The position numbers and the translations under genes are program-made. The notes beneath the pieces were generated by a model. That model was given only the letters and a program-made list of their open reading frames with translations, was not told the DNA's origin and made no database searches. A DNA stretch of 64,000 bases from Felis catus (taxonomy: Eukaryota), in contig NC_058383.1 in the NCBI RefSeq assembly GCF_018350175.1, forward strand, positions 24,616,001 to 24,680,000, given 5' to 3'. Shown piece after piece: positions 57,356-64,000 of this stretch (position 1 is the first letter of the stretch; every line of letters starts with the position of its first letter).

Positions 57356-60300
57356 ATGGGCAGGGGAGGGGCAGACAGAGAGGGAGACACGGAATCCAAA
57401 GTAGGCTCCAGGCTCCGAGCTGTCAGCACAGTGCTCGACGCGGGGCTCGAACCCAAGAACCATGAGATCACGACCTGAGCCAAAGTCGGATGCTTAACTG
57501 ACTGAGCCACCCAGGCGCCCCAGAGAGCTGCCCATTCTTTCTAAGAGCTGCACAAAATTCAAACATAAGGCCGTGTTATAATTTAATCAGTCTTTTCCTG
57601 ATGGATATTTAGGTTATTTCCAGTTTTTTTCCATTATAAACAATTCTGTTATGGATCCCACTAAAGTTGTTTTTGGCTTACACGCAAATATATCTAAAAG
57701 ATAAATTCCTAGAGAACTGCTGGGTTAAAGGGTGTATGTTCATGCATGTTTAATTCTTTCAGATATTCCCTCTAGATTCAAGTTACCCTCTAAGAGTGTA
57801 CCAATTTATAGTCCCACCAACACCCTGATGAGAATGCTTCTCCACCTCCTCTCCATGTGGATCAAACTTGAACCCAACTGTTTCAGCAAGTGCTGTCCAG
57901 AAACCCCCCAAGGAAGATATTGGAGAATGATCCACTTTTTATTTTGAACTGTAAACTGCCTTGTTCACTGGTAAGGGGAAGAAATGGCTTTTTAAATTCC
58001 CAAATAGTCAAATCGTGGTAGTACAGTTTCAAGTAAAGGGATGACAAATTCATTCTAAAAAACAGAACACCAGGTAGAAGGGGAGAAACCCTTACATTTC
58101 AAGGATGGAAAATGAGTCAACATGTGGCTCTGCTAAGAGTTTGCAAGTGGGCCTCAAAGCAGAGCTGGGATTGCACCAGTCCCAGATGACACCCACAGTG
58201 ACGTCTGGGCCAGCAAGGCTTGGAAATTCCAAGGGCGTGCCTATTCTATGGCACCTTTTGGAGCAGAGAAGAGTTCTAGGAACTGCAGTGCACAGAACTA
58301 CAGCTGGGTCCCCTGGGGCAGAGGGTCTGCCTTCTGACCTCTGCTTCTCAGAAGCTGTTGCTCTGATGTCCACATTGGGAATAGATTTCCATGTTCCCAT
58401 TTGCCCATTAGGATTCAGAGCAATTCATGAGATACCTCTGAATTATTATTAAAATCTCACAGCAAGTGAAGTTCTAAGAAACGACTTAAGTCTGCGTAAG
58501 GGACTGGGGAGAAAGAAGCCCGTCATAAAGATACGTATGGTTAAGGGGGCTGAGGGCTCCTGGGACTGCAGCTGTCCATTTGAACAAATCTGGGTTAGAG
58601 CTCTCCAAATTCAGTCATTCATTGGCTGCCTTCATGATTCTGCTATATCCACACACCATTTATACTAACATTAAGCTTTCTCTTTAAATGTACTGTCTCC
58701 TAAGCATAATATTTGTGGCGTTATCTGATATGCTATTTTCTAACACATGGCAAAATACGTATCTTAAAAACCCATGTACCTTCTCCCCAGACACAACAAA
58801 ATAATCTTATTTATGTCACATCACTGGCACATACACTTCCCTCTGACTCACACCACACTGGGCCAGCCCAAGCTGAGGCAAAGGAAGGATTGATTACTGC
58901 CATAACTGAAAACCCTAAGGGCCTTGATCAGTCCTCACATGAGTGAGCCTGAAAAGGTTTACTGGGCACATCCTGCTATGATATCTCTCCAGCACCGGGC
59001 TAGACACTGTGAGGCCATGATTCTTGCCTTCAACTATCAAGGTTATTACCTGGGCAGAACAACTCTGATGCATAAAGCTACAGAAAAGGCATGGAGGCAT
59101 GTAATCAACAGGGCAGTGACTGCTGCAGACTGCTCTAGAGGAGTTCAGAATAGGTCACTGTCACAGAGTTGAGTGAAGGCTCATGAATTTAGTGACAACC
59201 ACAAGGCAGGTCCCATGGGATATATAAGAAAGTATAAGACATTGTCTCTTTGCTCGAGGAAGTGGCAGTCTGGTTGGGGAGACCACACCAACATAAATGA
59301 AACAAACAAGAAGGAATGTGACCAACTACATAGGGACAGGCACAGGTTATAGTAGTCTCCCAACTTTTTGATTATTTACTGCTTTCAGTAAAAATTTCTG
59401 AGCCCATAGCTCCTATACATGTACTCATACTGATTTATAAAATATATTAAGTGCATTAAATACATCAAAAACCTTATAAGTATACACCAAATACACATTT
59501 TAATTTTTTTTATTTTTTAAAGTTTATTTTTTTAGTAATCTCTACACATAGTGTGGGGCTCAAACTCACAACCCCGAGATCAAGAGTCACATGCTCTCCC
59601 AGCTGAGCCAGCAAGGCACCCCATGAACAGACATTTTTAAAGGATGCAATAAAAAATAAAGAGAAATAGCACTTGCAGTATTTTATTTCCATTTCTCAGA
59701 GAACTGTTTAAGGACTTCATTGGGCATATACATTGTGATGTGTGGCATGGAAAAGTTTGGAGAAGCTGGAGGAAGGCCGGAAAGGCAGAAGCTTCATGAG
59801 CAGGTTGGTTTTATGAAGCGGACAGGATTCAGATTCTGAGATGGGGAAGATAGTGTTGTTTGGGAGGGTTTCTTTGTAGTGCTTACCCCAATTGTAATTT
59901 TTTTAATTTCTTACCATCTAACTCTGAAACATCTTTGAGGGATCCTGTCTTGGTTTTGCTCATTTTATGTCCTCAACATCTAGTCCAATGTTTGGCACAT
60001 GGTGGGCACTCAAATACTTGCTGAATGAAAGAATGAGAGTAGAGAGTTGCAGAGTGGTGATGGGAGCTATGGCAGAAATAGGCAAGCTGGAGAGGGGAGG
60101 CATCCTGGTGGAAAGAGGTGTTCTGCTTTGGATTGTTACACTTGGCCTTTCAGGAGGCTGGTGAGGGGCTGAGGCTGGGTTTTCAGATGTGGGAGCTGAA
60201 ACCATAAAGTGGTTGCACAGTCTCTGGGCCTCAGTGCGGAGGGCTGACTTTCAGAGGATCCTTACAGCTGGCAGGAGGGTGTGTGGCAGGAGGGGGTGTC

Positions 60301-61292
60301 CAAAAGGACACAGAGACAGGGGTCAGAGAGGAAAAGTAAAGAGAGTGGATTGTCAGGAAGTGTCATGAGGGGAACAGTGACAGCACTGACTTCATGAGAT
60401 CAGTGAGAAGGAGGCAAGGAAAGTAAGAAGCTGAAAGCCTCTTTCCATGCTTAGTGCCAGGCAGTCTTTGTAAGGAGCTAAGAGCCAATGCTTTATAGTC
60501 TGTGGCATGGGTCACATCAAGCCTCTTACAAATGGTTTTTGGCTCCCTGATGTCTAGGTGTGCAGTTCCGTTAAACTACTTAATGGAGGCACTTTCTTAC
60601 CCAATTCTGTGGTCTCAAAGGGCAAACTCACTCTGCTAGCCAAAGAGGCTTGAGTTCAGAGTGAAGTTGTGAAGGGAACCCTGTGTCTTTATCCTATTCT
60701 CTTTCTTCTGAATGGGTTTATACTTAGAGGCCTTGAATAGTTTATGAGTTGAAGAAAAAAAAAAAAAAGTTTCACTGTGCACCTCCTGTGGGAGGGGCCG
60801 GGAACAGGCACAGTGATTGCGAACTGCTCCTCCCCTGAAAACCCTCACTGGCCTGGCTCCTGTCACCTGGCTCATGGGGTCTTACAAAGACGAGGACACT
60901 AAGACACTGACAGGCTGGACTGAGACCTGAAACAAATGACGGGAGGAACCCAGGCTGGGCTCTGCTTCCCAGTAGTTGGGCAAGCTAGCTGGGCCGTGCC
61001 TCTGAGCCCTTCCTGCCCCACACTCTGCCACTGTGACCTGTGCTGCTCAGTCCTCTCAATTTTAGGACGAAAAAGAACAAGTATCACAAGACACTGCCCT
61101 CCTCCTTACAGTTTCCAATTGGGGCCTACTTACATTTTTGTTTTTCTGGAACAGCGTTCTGGCTTCATTTAATATGTACTGTTTTTCTTTAATGGTGTCT
61201 TCCATCTGCCCTGATGCCGCCTGCCATTTCCTCACAAGCCTGAAAATTCTGCGGTAGAGGCCAAGAACTTCTTGTCGTGTTGCTGTTGTCAT
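55472..61292 (-). CDS. LYRM1: LYR motif-containing protein 1 (122 aa, three coding exons)
   Basis: Joined exons give [23 protein letters not shown]...[73 protein letters not shown]. It has an LYR motif and matches recalled LYRM1. Confidence 0.95.
56721..56813 (-). CDS. LYRM1: LYRM1 second coding exon (31 codons; not in ORF track)
   Basis: Acceptor ttaatag, donor CCA|GTAAGT. Confidence 0.95.
57281..57520 (-). mobile_element. CanSINE with long (GA)n in a LYRM1 intron
   Basis: TSD CAGAGAGCTGCCTATTCTT / CAGAGAGCTGCCCATTCTT. Confidence 0.92.
59503..59622 (-). mobile_element. Short tRNA-like CanSINE
   Basis: Head plus GTAGAGATTAC-type short tail; similar to 33607-33708. Confidence 0.8.
61134..61292 (-). 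CDS. LYRM1: LYRM1 first coding exon (53 codons)
   Basis: ATG at 61292; donor AAT|GTAAGT. Confidence 0.95.
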
Positions 61293-61689
61293 CCTCAGAC
61301 CCACCAAAATAGAAGAGGGGAAATTTGCATGAAAATTCAATTTGACAGTAGGCAGCTAGGCAGATGTACATTTTTTTTAATCAAGCTTTTTAATTAGTCT
61401 GGAAATAATTGCTCTTTCTCAACAGATCTGTTTGGTAGCATTGCCAGAATGTGCTATAGGAACACCAGATCTCTCTCAGCCGTGCTGGTATATCACCCCA
61501 TGGTTCAGAGTTCATGTTTGCTACGATGGCAATTTTTACAAACATGGCAAACCAAAATTCAAATTTACTATACTTTAAAGCAGTAAATTTTTTACCAGAA
61601 TATCTTGGGAATGATGCTTTTAGTGTGTATTTTTATAAGATTGCAGTACTTACCAGAGTGCCTGGAAAAGGCACATTTTGAAAAACTAA

Positions 61690-61896
61690 TTTTTTTTAAG
61701 TTTATTTATTCTAAGAGCGCGCATGTGCGAGCATGAGCAGAAAAGGGGAAAAGATAGAGGGAGAGAGAATCCCAAGCACGCTCTGTCCTGTCAGCATGGA
61801 GCCTGACGTGGGGCTAAAACCCATAAACTGTGAGATCATGACCTGAGCCGAAATCAAGAGTCAGATGCTCAACCAACTGAGCCACCCAGGTGCCCC
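61690..61896 (-). mobile_element. CanSINE
   Basis: SINEC features. Confidence 0.88.
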
Positions 61897-62489
61897 AAAT
61901 AACTAAAATTTCTAGTTAAGTAACTTGAGTTTAATGCAGGGATCTCAAATTCAAGCACATCCAGGGTCTGGCAGGTAACAAAATGAGGGAACCTGGCTAC
62001 GTAGAGACAATGGCCAGGAGAGGACATCCCCCCGGTCCCCTCAAAAGGTACAGTTGCTACTCAGTATCAGGCAGCTACTGCCATGGAGAAATGAGGGCCT
62101 AGGAATGCCAGATTTCCTGATAGTTTAACAGTAGGTAGCAATCCATATTTTTAAAATGTGAAATCTCAAGACACTAATTCATTCTTTTCGAAAGTGTGAG
62201 TATCATGAAAGCCAAACACATTGAGTCTGCAGGCTCAATTCTACCCAGAGGCTGGCAGGTTGCAACCTCTCTTTTAGTTCATCATAACCTTGTTGAAAAT
62301 ATTTCTCAAAATTGTTGGTCTGCTTCCTTGTCCATGTGAGAACCATACAGTAAGTATAACGGAAGATCTTGCTGATGATGACTAAAGAGCTTGTGGCCTC
62401 TTTGGGTTTTTACTCTGAAACATCAGTTTTAATTTCAGGAAACTTGGCTAAGTGAGTCCCAACCTAAGTATATTCCCAAAGCTAAATGC

Positions 62490-62508
62490 ATTCATTCATT
62501 CATTCATT

Positions 62509-62551
<43 letters not shown>

Positions 62552-62698
62552 TGGGAGGGGCAGAGACAGAGATACAGAATCTGAAGGAGGCTCCAGGCTC
62601 TGAGCTGTCAGCACAGAGCCCAACGTGACCCATGGACCATGAGATCATGACCTGAGCTGAAGTCAGATGTCTGACCAACTGAGGCATCCAGACACCCC
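62490..62698 (-). mobile_element. CanSINE with (ATTC)n/(GA)n tail
   Basis: SINEC features; ATGCATT flanks. Confidence 0.85.
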
Positions 62699-62822
62699 TA
62701 TATGCATTAAAAAAAATTAAATTCCTGTCATTTTTATTTTTATTATGAAATATTTCAGATATACAAAAGGATATAGAGAATATAATTAAACAGCCATATA
62801 TTCACAATGGATCTTAAATAAA

Positions 62823-62827
<5 letters not shown>

Positions 62828-62872
<45 letters not shown>
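62828..62872. repeat. (AT)n microsatellite
   Basis: Seen directly. Confidence 0.97.
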
Positions 62873-62876
<4 letters not shown>

Positions 62877-63013
62877 ACTGTATCCCTTCCAGTCAAATTT
62901 CCCTTCCTCTGTGCTAGAAGGAACCACTGTTTTGAACTTGTTATTAATCTTCTCACACATATCTTTACACTTAACATTCTATAGTATTGCTTAGCAAGTT
63001 TACAAACCTTATA

Positions 63014-63340
63014 CAGCTGACCCTTGAACAATATGGGGCATAGGAGCACTGACCTCCACGTAGTCAAAAATCTACAATAACTTTTGACTCCCCAAAACTT
63101 TACTAATAGCCTACTGTTGACATGAAGCCTTACTGAGAACATAAGCAGTCAATGAACACATATGTATGTATATGTATCATATACTATATTCTTACAATGA
63201 AATATGCTAGAGAAAGGAAAACGTTAAGAAAATCATGAGGAAAAGAAAATACATTTATAGTACTGTTCTGTATTTGCAAAAGAAATCTGTGTCTAAGTGG
63301 ACCTGCATAATTCAAACCCATGTTGTTTAAGGGTCAACTC
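63014..63340. mobile_element. Tigger2a-like non-autonomous DNA transposon
   Basis: TIRs CAGCTGACCCTTGAACAA...TTGTTTAAGGGTCAACTC; left flank TA. Confidence 0.8.
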
Positions 63341-64000
63341 TCTATGTAAAAGGTATTATGTCCTTCTGCAACTTGCTTTTTTTGCTCATGTTTGTATGAT
63401 TCACCAATGTTGTTACATGTAACCCTAGCTCATATATTCTCAATACTGCAATTCAGTCCCAGTATATTGTCTCTTCTCTTGCTAATGTTCTAATGATGGG
63501 ACATTAGGTGTTTTCCTTTTTCTTTCTCTTTTTACTTATGCAAAAACTTCAGACTATGTCTTTACTATTTACTACTATATCTAAAAGAAATTCAGGGAAG
63601 ACAGAAAAAAGTCTCAAAACTAGAAGATTCTGATTAGTCACATTTTAGAGAATGAATATATTGTACGGTCTTTAACAAAAGGGTAGGCTGGGAAGACAAG
63701 AACACATCTGGTGAGTAGCAGGGCCAGGCACTGGAACACCTCACGAGTACTGGGCTTTCCTCAAACAGGCTCATCAGGATGGGGAAGTAGGCTGCTCACT
63801 GCCCTTTGAGAAGAGGACCCATTTCCAACTCAAGGTAGAGGTGTAACATACGGAGACTGTATGCTTTAGGGTGGTCCTGAGCTCCTGAGGACTTGGGCAG
63901 CTAAATGCAGATGGGAGCTGGGAAGAGTGAGTTCATCTAGAAGTTCTAAGTACCTGCAAGGTATTTACCTTAGAATTTCTTTTGAATAGGATTGCCTCCC

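Noticed and set aside
13534..57510. Family of similar short ORFs (e.g. [33 protein letters not shown])
   Set aside because: These are translations of CanSINE copies, not a protein family.
58092..58452. Overlapping 102-115 aa ORFs in a LYRM1 intron
   Set aside because: No homology or splice support; consistent with chance.
1..64000. A novel multi-gene system, CRISPR array or prokaryote-like operon
   Set aside because: All convincing coding signal is explained by DNAH3, LYRM1 and the RPL35A retrocopy. The recurring ~200-bp repeats are dispersed SINEs, not a repeat-spacer array.
63500..64000. LYRM1 promoter / first exon
   Set aside because: No CpG island or clear exon here; presumably lies beyond the window end.

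Overview
Mammalian genomic DNA from a felid (cat family), judged by the many felid-type tRNA-derived CanSINEs (SINEC_Fc-like) and a felid L1 3' end. The + strand carries the 3' half of the axonemal dynein heavy chain gene DNAH3. I traced 21 GT-AG coding exons from 1 to 51105, and their phases are consistent throughout. They total 6294 nt (2097 aa plus stop) and cover AAA3, AAA4, the stalk/MTBD, AAA5, AAA6 and the C-terminal domain, followed by a very short 3' UTR. The - strand carries all three coding exons of LYRM1 (122 aa), tail-to-tail with DNAH3; its promoter and first exon are not evident in the window. Introns hold about 30 SINEs, L1/MIR/LTR remnants, hAT and Tigger DNA transposon fossils, an ERV-L remnant, and an RPL35A processed pseudogene nested in a Tigger1-type element. 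I see no convincing novel biological system. The best leads are splicing-architecture oddities in DNAH3 (a frame-neutral 28-nt donor/acceptor shift; a 2142-nt symmetric exon with a reconstituted donor and flanking inverted SINEs) and the three-layer Tigger/RPL35A/SINE nest with a chimeric open ORF. Gene and repeat names come from recalled sequence similarity, not database searches. TE boundaries are approximate unless a TSD or TIR is quoted.
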